A stretch of 64,000 nt of DNA from Chloroflexia bacterium (GTDB lineage Bacteria; Chloroflexota; Chloroflexia; DTKN01): contig JASFBA010000084.1 of NCBI GenBank assembly GCA_036172265.1, positions 18,169 to 82,168 of the forward strand, written 5' to 3'. Positions 42,037 through 51,340 of the stretch are shown here, piece by piece (position 1 is the first letter of the stretch; each line of letters opens with the position of its first letter). The notes under the pieces are model-generated. The model had not been told where the DNA came from, did not search any database, and saw only the letters and a program-made list of their open reading frames with translations. The translations under genes were made by a program, and so were the position numbers.

Positions 42037-43268
42037 GAATCCTCGTTAGAGTACTCTAAAATGCTCAGGTTATGGAGAAGTTCCAGCAAAGCCAATTCTG
42101 ATTCCTCTTCTTCAGGCCGCTGCCGAACACGATGAATTTCCCGCACCCGCTTATCCCGGTGGACCATTTGTAACTGTGGGTAATGTTCGGCCCGCAGGGA
42201 ACGCTGATACTCGTTTCGGATGGTAGAAACGGCCGTCTGGGCTATAAGAAGGTCTATACTTTCTTTCCCTCTTACACGGGCCTCGTTGCAGGCCATTTGC
42301 ATCAGCGTGGTCATCTCTCGCATAACCCCGCCGCTCATCTCAATAAGGAACTCCAGCGCGTCCGGGGTAATCAACCCAAGTTCCATCCGGCGGGCGACCA
42401 TCTTCCGCATAATGCTTCGCCCTTTTTCATCAGGAGTTCCATCACGGTTCTGTATCTTGATATTGGGAAGGACAAACCAGCCGCTGAAACTTCGGGCAAC
42501 CGAACGGAACTCCGCTGTGTACAGAAGGGCGAGGGGAATGGTGTAGATGATTTTGCAGGGGAGTTGTGTCAATGTTGTGGCATGACGATAAAATAATTCC
42601 TGGGCTGTAGCGATGTCCGGTTTATCCAGGTCATCAATGGCAACCAGGACGCTCCGTATTAACTGGGTACGAACCAAACTGGCAAGCCAGGCGATATGGG
42701 TGACCAGGTCAGAAACTCTATGGGCCAGCGCTTGACGCAAATATTCCCGGGTAACCGCTTCCAGACGGAGTTTCCCTTGAGGGCCGATAAGCCCTTCAAA
42801 CCAGAGGCTCAGCAACTCAATGGGCGAGACTTTCTCCGGTCGGAGGAAGCCGACAGGCTCGCTCTGAGGCAACCAGAATCGTTCCAGCAGGCTTATTAGC
42901 CCTTCGTCCATCTGCACCCCGGCCTGGCGGGCCGCGCGGTACAGGCCGGCTTCAATCGCTATCACCAAGTCCACGTACCTCAGGTCCAGCGGGTCCAACA
43001 CGTCGGCAAGGGAGAGAGGGACAACGAGGAAGGCCTCCTGAATTTGGGGGTCCGCCAGAAGGCGATTCAGTTCGGTGGATTTACCACACCCCCGGTGTCC
43101 GGTAAACAAGATTTTGTCCGGAGAATCCGGTGCTCTGAGCAGAATTGGACGGATGCGATCCACCGGATTGGGCTCCCGGCCCACATAATATAATTCTAAC
43201 TGGGGACCGCTGAGGGGTTTCAGCGGGTCAAAGGCCAGATAGGCATCGTCCAGATTGGTGGCGATCAT
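41997..43268 (-). CDS. P-loop NTPase (AAA/Arch_ATPase-like)
   Basis: Walker A GHRGCGKST and Walker B LVAIDDLD. 423 aa, no effector domain recognised. Confidence 0.6.
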   Translation of the reverse strand: MIATNLDDAYLAFDPLKPLSGPQLELYYVGREPNPVDRIRPILLRAPDSPDKILFTGHRGCGKSTELNRLLADPQIQEAFLVVPLSLADVLDPLDLRYVDLVIAIEAGLYRAARQAGVQMDEGLISLLERFWLPQSEPVGFLRPEKVSPIELLSLWFEGLIGPQGKLRLEAVTREYLRQALAHRVSDLVTHIAWLASLVRTQLIRSVLVAIDDLDKPDIATAQELFYRHATTLTQLPCKIIYTIPLALLYTAEFRSVARSFSGWFVLPNIKIQNRDGTPDEKGRSIMRKMVARRMELGLITPDALEFLIEMSGGVMREMTTLMQMACNEARVRGKESIDLLIAQTAVSTIRNEYQRSLRAEHYPQLQMVHRDKRVREIHRVRQRPEEEESELALLELLHNLSILEYSNEDSWWDVHPIVKSLL

Positions 43269-43361
43269 CTTTCTCTCCTTTCGTTATGGGCCCGGACGAT
43301 CTCCGCCGTCAGTGGGCTGCTGAGCAGGAAGAGGATATGGGGGTGGCCTGGCGCGGGCATC

Positions 43362-43985
43362 TCATTTCTCCATTGCTTTCAGCCGTTCCTGAAGGAAGTC
43401 GTAGCCGCCCTGGGTCAGGAGGTACGCGGCCAGGGCCAGGGCTCGCTCTCTTTCCTCCCGGCTGCGCAGTTTCTCCAGGTAGGCCTCCACCTGGTCGGGG
43501 GGATGGAGAGCAGAGGCGCGGGCAAAAAGGGAGACCTGATGCTCCAGTTCCTCCACGGGGAGGCGAGTTGCCTGTTCCAGAAGGCGGATGCGGCCGGGGA
43601 GGAGGCTCTGATTGATCTGCTCCCAGCAGAAGCGCTGAAGGCGGCCGTAGAGGTCGGCCAGGGAGAGGGAGACTGCCTCCCCTATCTCCGGGTTCAGGGG
43701 CTGGAGGAGATTGATGCGGGTACGGAGGAGGGCCTGCCATCCCAGCCCCGCCGCCAGAGCCAGGAGGTAGGGGTTGGCCGCAGGAAAGGCGAACCACACC
43801 AGGGCAAAGATCGGAAGGGCGAGGGCTCCGTTGATCGCTATCAGCAGCCCGCTCCATCCACTCCGTAGCGCCCGACGAACGTCGCTCGGGAAGGCCTGGA
43901 CCACCTCAGTCAGGGCCCAGAGGCCAGCCAGGACAGCCACCAGCAGGTAGGGACCCAGTGCGTTGACCACGTCGCTGGCTGTCAT
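43362..43985 (-). CDS. hypothetical membrane protein (3-4 N-terminal TM helices + soluble helical domain)
   Basis: ORF with hydrophobic N-terminal half. Confidence 0.45.
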   Translation of the reverse strand: MTASDVVNALGPYLLVAVLAGLWALTEVVQAFPSDVRRALRSGWSGLLIAINGALALPIFALVWFAFPAANPYLLALAAGLGWQALLRTRINLLQPLNPEIGEAVSLSLADLYGRLQRFCWEQINQSLLPGRIRLLEQATRLPVEELEHQVSLFARASALHPPDQVEAYLEKLRSREERERALALAAYLLTQGGYDFLQERLKAMEK

Positions 43986-44000
43986 TGGGGCGCCCGTCCT

Positions 44001-44441
44001 TTATGCGCTGCGGATGGCGTCTCGTCCCCGCGCCGTCAGGAAAACCACATCCCACCCTCGCAGGGTCTTGATTTCCACCAATCCCTCTTGCTTCATCTCC
44101 TGCAGGACGGGGCGGATTTCGTCCGGCAACGAAAGGGTGGCGGCGGCCAGTTCGGGGAAAAGGGCCGGGCCCCGCCGATGGAGGTTTTCCAGAATCACCT
44201 GCCGAAGACGGGTCGTTTCCCGGTCCGCCGTCTCCTTGTCCCTGGTTTCCTCTTCCAATTGTCGGGCCAGGTTCGCCAGCGCCTCCTGGCTGGCCTTCAG
44301 TTTTTCCGCCTCGGGGGAATTCTCCTCTGCGCGAGATGCCAGAATACCGCTGATCCGACTCAGTTCCCGGGCGACGTCCGCCAGCAGCCGGACGGTATCC
44401 GCTATCCTTTTTGGTTCTCCGCTACCGATCACGCCCATCAT
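44001..44441 (-). CDS. hypothetical coiled-coil protein with possible C-terminal winged-helix
   Basis: 146 aa. Charged coiled-coil centre, then C-terminal LQEMKQEGLVEIKTLRGWDVVFLTARGRDAI. Confidence 0.4.
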   Translation of the reverse strand: MMGVIGSGEPKRIADTVRLLADVARELSRISGILASRAEENSPEAEKLKASQEALANLARQLEEETRDKETADRETTRLRQVILENLHRRGPALFPELAAATLSLPDEIRPVLQEMKQEGLVEIKTLRGWDVVFLTARGRDAIRSA

Positions 44442-44707
44442 TGCCTCCAGAACCAGAAGCCGCTGGAATTCCAGTCAGAATCCCCCTGGCCCCCTTTCCG
44501 TCTGCGGGAGAGAAGAGAGCCGTCCCTGTTTCTCTCCCTCCCCTTTGGAGAGAAGGGGATTGGGGGGATGAAGGGGTCAATCACCGCCTGTTTCCGGGAC
44601 GGTGAATCCAGGCGCACGCGACTCATCTCTATTTTACACCGCCAGAAAAGAGTTGACAACTTCCTCCGGAACGTGGCTGCACTTCCAGAATGACCGGCAC
44701 GTCCGGA

Positions 44708-45469
44708 TTAATGGGCCAGAAGGACATCTCCGGCCCGAATTCGGTGCAGGTTTCCATCGGGAGTACGGAGCAGAAGCGCGCCGTCTTCGTCTACCCCTTC
44801 GGCGATTCCCCGCAGTTCCCGTTCCGCTGTGACCACCCGCACGGGTCGGCCCAGGGTGGCCAGACGGGTGGCCCATTCGGCCCCGGGGCGTTCCCCGGTC
44901 CTCCACCGTTCACAGCGGTCCTTCACCCCGTTCAGGAGGCGATCCAGCAGAGCATCCCGGTCAGTGGTCTGGCCTGTCTCGGCCAGAATACTGGTGGCAT
45001 CGGGGGCCAGGTCGGGCAGAGCCTCTGCCGGGACGTTCACGTTGATTCCTATGCCGACGATCACGAACTCCAGCCGGTTGCCGGAGAAGCCGGTTTCGGC
45101 CAGGAGTCCTCCCAGTTTCCGCCAGGATTCCCCCCGGGCGATGATGAGGTCATTGGGCCACTTGAGGGAGACCGGGAGGCCAGCGGTGGCCGCTACGGCG
45201 TCGGCGGCGGCCAGGGCGCAGATCATAATCAGGTCTGTGGCAGGAGCAAAGAGTCCCACACCGGTGGCAGGCCGAAAGAGGAGGGAGCAGAGCAGGGAGG
45301 TGCCGGGTGGCGCCAGCCAGCGCCTCCCCAGGCGGCCCCGTCCGGCGGTCTGGTAGTCGGCGGTGACCACTGTTCCCTCCGGTGCCCCTCGCGCGGCCAG
45401 GTCCCGGGCCACGTCGTTGGTAGAGGTTGTGGAGGGCAGATGGATGCGGGTAAAGGTAATATGGTTCAT
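44708..45469 (-). CDS. birA: biotin--[acetyl-CoA-carboxylase] ligase (group I, no DNA-binding domain)
   Basis: Start at ATG 45469. TADYQTAGRGRLGRRW and KWPNDL motifs. Confidence 0.8.
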   Translation of the reverse strand: MNHITFTRIHLPSTTSTNDVARDLAARGAPEGTVVTADYQTAGRGRLGRRWLAPPGTSLLCSLLFRPATGVGLFAPATDLIMICALAAADAVAATAGLPVSLKWPNDLIIARGESWRKLGGLLAETGFSGNRLEFVIVGIGINVNVPAEALPDLAPDATSILAETGQTTDRDALLDRLLNGVKDRCERWRTGERPGAEWATRLATLGRPVRVVTAERELRGIAEGVDEDGALLLRTPDGNLHRIRAGDVLLAH

Positions 45470-45590
45470 GGCTGGAAAAGCAACCGCGCAGAAAATGATA
45501 TACCGCCGGGCTATTTCCGTCAAGTGCTTGACTTTCCAAAGGATTGGGTTAAAATGCATCCCACCGCCGTTCCCTTGTTCTGGAGGACGG

Positions 45591-47819
45591 ATGAAACGCT
45601 CTTCCTTACCGGTCATCTTGTTGATAGTGGTATTTGTTGGACTTGGTCTGCTTTATGGGATAACCGTTCCCCCCTTTGAGAATCTGGATGAGATAGAGCA
45701 TTTCGGAGTTATTCGCTACATTGCTGAAACGGGTCGCCTCCCCGTCCATGGCACTCCTGAGGCAGAGGTGTACCACTACCGGCAGGAGGCCTCCCAGCCC
45801 CCGCTGTACCATCTGCTCTCCGCTGGACTGGTGCGCCTCCTGGGGCTGTGGGCCGGGGATATGGGGATGTATATCCGGTTTAACCCTCGCGTAGCCTGCG
45901 GCCCTAATGCTCCCTTCCTCTACGATAATCGGGCCATTTTCTACCATAACCCTCATCGGGAGCGCTTCCCCTGGCAAGGCACCCTCCTGATGCTTCACGT
46001 CCTGCGCATTGGGTGCACCTTTCTACAGGCCTTTACCGTCCTCGGCACCTGGGCGCTGGCAAGGCGCATCTTCCCCACCCGTCCGGGAATCGCTCCGCTG
46101 GCCACCGCGATCGTGGCCTTTAACCCCCAGTTCCTCTTCGTCGCCAGCGGCGTGAATAACGACAATTGGGTAACTCCCCTGGCGACATGGGGCCTCTACC
46201 TGCTGGTTTGCCTCTGGCAGGAAGGCCTCTCGGCCCAACGTACATTCGCGCTGGGTATTCTGATCGGACTGGCGGGGCTCTCTAAACTCAGCGGTTGGCT
46301 TTTACTCCCTCTTGCTCTGCCGGTTATTTTGACCGGGGCCTATCGTCTCAAACGAACTGCTTCCCGCTCGTGGATGGTTTCCCTTATCACTCATTGGTCA
46401 TTGGTCATTGCATTGCCCCTTGCCCTCTCCGGCTGGTGGTTTTGGCGCAACTGGTATCTCTATGGTGACCCCACTGCGCTGGCCCCTATGCTGAAACTGG
46501 TGGGCGTGCGGGGGTCGCCCATTTACCCCTGGACAGAGGCAAGTCTGGTATTTCGCTCCTTCTGGGGACAAATTCCCTGTTCCTTCTTCCCTGCCGGTTT
46601 TTATGTCCCCTACATCCTGATTACCGGTATCGGCATTTTCGGCCTGTTCGGGGGCCGGCGACAATTCCTCCCTCCAGAACGGAGGGCTGCTGTCCTCCTC
46701 GTGGCATGGTTCCTGCTGGTACTGGTCGGCTGGGCACGGTGGGATATGATCACTCCTGCACCGGGTGGCCGTCTTCTCTTTCCTGCTCTTCCCGCCGTTG
46801 GCCTTCTCCTCGCATTGGGTATTCACTCGCCGATCCTTCAGCCCTCTGGTATTCCGTCACCCATCCGGTCGTCGGTTGTTCCGTTGTTGGTTGTTCTTCT
46901 GTTCATTCTGGCCTTCTGGACGGTGGCCGTCATTTTGCCCGCCTTCTACGCTCCACCGCCCCGATATGCCAACCCTAACGCTGTGCGTCCCCAGCATCCC
47001 ACCCAGGTGCACTTCGGTGACTCCATCCGCCTCCTGGGTTACGACCTGCACGCCCGACCTGAGAAAGGTTTTCTGGACGTGACCCTTTACTGGCAGGCTG
47101 TTGTGCCGATGACGGACGATTCCGTCATGGCCCTGCAACTGGTCTCCCCAATCCCCGGCGACGACACTCTGCGCTGGACCTACGACTCCTGGCCCGGGCG
47201 CGGAAATTACCCCACCTCCGCCTGGAAGCCCGGCGAGGTGCTTCAGGACCGCTACCGGTTCTATCTACCGGCGGCGAATTTCCCCACCCAGGCCTGGGAC
47301 CTGCAAGTAGTTCTGTACCATCCGGAGAAGGGAGCCCTCCCTGTCTCGGTTGACGGGACATCAGCCGGAAGACGATGGCCTCTCGGACGGCTGCGGCTGC
47401 CGGGGACGACGCCGGCCTGCCCCGAATCCGACCGTCTGACAGCGGGGGTCCATCTGGGCGAGAGTGTGGCGTTAACCCATGCCGGTGTGATGACCGATGA
47501 GACGGGGACGCGGGTCACCCTGTGCTGGCAGAGTCTTGCTCCATTGGCAGAGGATTACCACGTTTTCGTCCACCTGTACGACCCCTCCGACACCCTGCTG
47601 GCGGCAGGGGACGGGCCGCCGATGGGGGGCGCGTTCCCTACCTCCTTCTGGAAGCCGGGGGATGTGGTTCTGGACATTCATCCCCTGCCTCCGCTGGTGG
47701 AAGGGGGCCGCGTTGCTGTGGGGCTCTACCGGCTGCAGGACGGCGTCCGCCTGCCGGTGACCATCGGGGGCACACCCGTCCCGAACGCGGCCATTCCCAT
47801 CTGGCCGGAGCGGCCATGA
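45591..47819 (+). CDS. PMT/ArnT-like (GT39-type, GT-C fold) membrane glycosyltransferase paralog A, with duplicated C-terminal soluble domain
   Basis: N-terminal loop LDEIEHFG (DExxH), multi-TM core, and two C-terminal repeats of (F/L)GDxI.LLGYDL...LYWQA...FPTSFWKPGDV. Confidence 0.65.
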   Translation: MKRSSLPVILLIVVFVGLGLLYGITVPPFENLDEIEHFGVIRYIAETGRLPVHGTPEAEVYHYRQEASQPPLYHLLSAGLVRLLGLWAGDMGMYIRFNPRVACGPNAPFLYDNRAIFYHNPHRERFPWQGTLLMLHVLRIGCTFLQAFTVLGTWALARRIFPTRPGIAPLATAIVAFNPQFLFVASGVNNDNWVTPLATWGLYLLVCLWQEGLSAQRTFALGILIGLAGLSKLSGWLLLPLALPVILTGAYRLKRTASRSWMVSLITHWSLVIALPLALSGWWFWRNWYLYGDPTALAPMLKLVGVRGSPIYPWTEASLVFRSFWGQIPCSFFPAGFYVPYILITGIGIFGLFGGRRQFLPPERRAAVLLVAWFLLVLVGWARWDMITPAPGGRLLFPALPAVGLLLALGIHSPILQPSGIPSPIRSSVVPLLVVLLFILAFWTVAVILPAFYAPPPRYANPNAVRPQHPTQVHFGDSIRLLGYDLHARPEKGFLDVTLYWQAVVPMTDDSVMALQLVSPIPGDDTLRWTYDSWPGRGNYPTSAWKPGEVLQDRYRFYLPAANFPTQAWDLQVVLYHPEKGALPVSVDGTSAGRRWPLGRLRLPGTTPACPESDRLTAGVHLGESVALTHAGVMTDETGTRVTLCWQSLAPLAEDYHVFVHLYDPSDTLLAAGDGPPMGGAFPTSFWKPGDVVLDIHPLPPLVEGGRVAVGLYRLQDGVRLPVTIGGTPVPNAAIPIWPERP

Positions 47820-50155
47820 AACCCGCTCATTTCTACTGGTTGGCTATCTCTCTGCTCCTGATTTTGTGGGCGCTGACTCTCTATGCGGCCCGCTCTACTT
47901 CTATGGTCATTGATGAAGGGATGCACTTGGCCAGCGGCTACAGTATCCTCCGGACCGGGGATTACCGCCTGGTAGAGGAACATCCGCCGTTGGTCAAACT
48001 GTGGGCTTCTCTTCCCCTATTTTTTGTGCCCGATATCTCTGACCCCAGAGGGCTTGCAGCGTGGGAAGAGGCTCTTCTGGATCCGACCGATAGCCTCTCT
48101 TTGCTGGCGGTGGCCCGGGAGACGATCACTTCATATCGGCCGATAGAGCGGCTGGTCTTTCCAGCGCGGGCAATGGTGGCGTTGCTTGGTCTTGTTCTGG
48201 GAGCCGTTGTCTGCCGATGGGCGGCAGACCTGGGAGGGGCGTGGGCTGGGGTCTTTGCTCTTTTTCTGGTGGCGCTGGACCCTAACATCCTGGCTCACGC
48301 GTCGGTGGCAGGAACTGACCTGGGAGCGGCTGTGACAGCGGCACTGGCTCTTTTCCTCTTCGCCCGTTGGCTCCGCCAACCAACGGTTACCAAATGGCTG
48401 GCAGCGGGCCTGGCATTGGGGTTGGCCCTGGGTACTAAAACGTCGGCCATCCTTCTGGTCCCGACGCTCTTCCTTTTAGGGTTGGGGGTTCGCCCCCGGT
48501 ATATCATTGCTCTGTTGGCGCTTTTCGGCCTGGCTGGCCTGACTCTATGGGCTCTCTATAGATTTGAATTCGGTCCAATTCCTGGCACCGGAGTTCTTGT
48601 TCCGGCCCCCAGCCATGCCATCCCTTCTCTCCGTCTGCGCCGCCATATAGCCGACGGCCACCCATCCTTTCTGTTGGGGGAGAACCGCACCCACGGCTGG
48701 TGGTACTACTTCCCCGTCGCTTTTGCTCTGAAGACTCCTTTGCCCACTCAACTGTTTCTCGCCCTTTCACTGGCTTCGGCTGCCCTCACTCTCCTCCGCC
48801 GTCCCGGGGAGATAGCCCGTCTTGTCGGCCGATGGGGTCCGGTGGCCCTCTTCCCCTTCCTCTATGGGATTAGCACGCTGGCAAGCCCCCTGAACATCGG
48901 TTATCGCCATTTGCTCCCGATGCTCCCATGTCTGTTTGTCCTGGCTGGTTACGAATTACGCAATATGCAATATGCAGTACGCCCATACTTCTTCCGTATC
49001 CCGTTTTTACTCCTCCTGGCCTGGCTGGCTCTTGGCACGCTGCGAGTTGCGCCCCACTATCTGGCCTATTTCCACGAACTGGCAGGCGGTCCGGATAACG
49101 GCTGGCGCTACCTGGCCGATTCCAACACCGATTGGGGTCAAGGCTACAAAGACCTGGCCCGTTTCCAGCGGGAGCGCGGGCTGGGAACAGTATATCTTTC
49201 GGCCTTTCTTCTCATCAACGATCCAGCCATCTACGGCGTGCGGTATGAACCGCTGACTCCGATGTGGGGGACAACCCCAGCGATTTTTCCTTCCCGATTC
49301 AACCCATCACCAGGCGATTATGTTATCAGTGCTACCACATTGGACGGAATCCCGCTGGTAGACCCGGAGATGTATGACTGGTTCCGTAAGCGGGAACCGG
49401 ATGCCCGGATTGCCCACGTGCTCTTCTACTACCATGTTCCGCCTCGGGAGCCGGCCCCGGAGTGGGTGGCTCAGTGTGCCGCGCCGATGGCTCCGCTGAC
49501 GCCAGAGGCCATCGCGGAGGGCTTTGGCCGGGATGACCTGCGGCAGGTGGATTTTGACTGCACTCAGGCCTGGCTGTATCCGGACGGAGGGATGTCTGCC
49601 GGATGGTATGTCCTGCATCGGGATTCATCTCTGGAGACGTGGTTTATTCGGAGTCATCTGGCTTCCTCTCGCCTTTCCTATGAGCAGAGACGGCGAGGAG
49701 CATTACCTCCCTTTCGCATCTACGAGTGGCCGGCCGGTACGCCTGTCCTGAGGCCTGCGACCCTGTTGCTTCCTGAAGGAGCATCCTCGTCTGTGCTTTT
49801 AGATGGTCCACTGATGTTTCTGGGAGCCCGCGCTTTATCCGAAGCCGATGGCCTGACCATAGAGACCTGGTGGCAGGTCACCGAAGGGCCGATTACCCGT
49901 CCGCTTTCCATTATAGGGCATCTCCTGAATGGGGCGGGCGAACTGATCGGGCAGGATGACGGCCTGGGAGTTTCGCCGGTACTCTGGCAGCCAAGGGACA
50001 TCATTGTCCAGCGCCACCGGTTTCCCCTCCCCCCTGCCGGTGAAGAACTCTGGCTGCGCACCGGGGCCTACTGGCTGGATACAATGGAGCGGTGGCCCGT
50101 TGCGGATTTTCCTCAGAGGGATATAATGCTGATACCGCTGAGGAAAGGAAAATAG
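47815..50155 (+). CDS. PMT/ArnT-like (GT39-type) membrane glycosyltransferase paralog B
   Basis: ATGA overlap with paralog A. VIDEGMHLASGY loop, multi-TM core, and a C-terminal domain ending WLDTMERW that is shared with paralogs C and D. Confidence 0.65.
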
Positions 50156-50157
50156 CG

Positions 50158-51300
50158 ATGGCGCGTGTCTCAGCCTTTACCAGTCTCGGTCTGTCTGCCC
50201 TGATTCTAATGATGGCGATTGCCGCAGTTGCTGGGGCGGAGCCTCCCCCGCCGGACACTAACCGTTTCTTCCCGACCCCTCCCCCGATGGGAGCAGAAGG
50301 TTGGCTGCCTGCTCCGCCTGTAACAGCGATGAGTGGCTCCAATCTGTTGGTGAACGGCAGCTTTGACGACCCTGCCTACCCTTTCTACTGGCGGTATCCC
50401 AACCACTTCGTCGCAGGGGGGTGGATCCGCTGGTGGATTCACGGGACCGTCCTGCCGGAATACGACGACGCCCGCACCCAGCGGCCGTACTATGATGGCG
50501 GCCACGCTCAGGTCTATTTCAAGTGGGGAGCCACGTATGAAGCCGGCATCTACCAGGTCGTCTCCGGCCTCACTCCCTGCACGCCCTACCGGTTCACGAT
50601 GTGGGCCCGCAACCACTCGCTGGAGGGTGTCTTGCCCCATGCCCGCATTGGGCTGGACCCGGAGGGGACTCAGTTGACGCCCAGCGATGACGACTGCGCG
50701 GTCAAAACCGGCCTGCCCCCCAAGACGGTCTGGTCCCGCGAGCAGACGGTTCTCTTCACCTGGGAGGAACTTGCGGTAGATGCAGAACCCTTGGGAACTC
50801 GGTTGACCGCCATCCTTTATGCCCACCCGGAGCCTCCCCCGGACGGGCGAACCTACTATTTTGACACCATCTGGGATGCCGGGCGGCTGATCACCGGTAC
50901 CTATCCAAATGGCAGGTTGCCGGTACCCGCTTCCTGGACGCCTTCAGGGTTTATCACCAATGTGGTTACCTCCACTGTGCTGAACAGCCTGGTGATAGAG
51001 TGGGATACTTGGGCTCCCGCCTCCACCCAGGTCTGGTACGACGTCATCAGTCCAACTGCGCCCATCTCTTTCACCGGGGCCTTTACAGTGTACCTCCCTC
51101 TAGTAACGAAGGCTCCCTACTATTCCTATGCTACGGCACCGGATATGACACCTGTGAACCACCATCGGGTGGCCATTGGTGGCCTGCAGAACGGTCAGAT
51201 CGTTCGTTTCGTTGCCCTCTCCCGCCGACTATATGATGGTTCATGTGTTACCGAGGTGTCAGCACCGATGGAGGTGATAGTCAGCGGGATTACCCCCTGA
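50158..51300 (+). CDS. secreted protein with CBM-like and FN3-like domains (paralog of 53685..54803)
   Basis: Signal peptide MARVSAFTSLGLSALILMMAIAAVAGA, LVNGSFDD CBM-like start, internal YLPLVTK motif. An out-of-frame YAYLPLVIKASGP lies immediately after the stop. Confidence 0.6.
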   Translation: MARVSAFTSLGLSALILMMAIAAVAGAEPPPPDTNRFFPTPPPMGAEGWLPAPPVTAMSGSNLLVNGSFDDPAYPFYWRYPNHFVAGGWIRWWIHGTVLPEYDDARTQRPYYDGGHAQVYFKWGATYEAGIYQVVSGLTPCTPYRFTMWARNHSLEGVLPHARIGLDPEGTQLTPSDDDCAVKTGLPPKTVWSREQTVLFTWEELAVDAEPLGTRLTAILYAHPEPPPDGRTYYFDTIWDAGRLITGTYPNGRLPVPASWTPSGFITNVVTSTVLNSLVIEWDTWAPASTQVWYDVISPTAPISFTGAFTVYLPLVTKAPYYSYATAPDMTPVNHHRVAIGGLQNGQIVRFVALSRRLYDGSCVTEVSAPMEVIVSGITP

Positions 51301-51340
51301 ACTATGCCTATCTGCCCCTGGTGATCAAAGCGAGCGGCCC

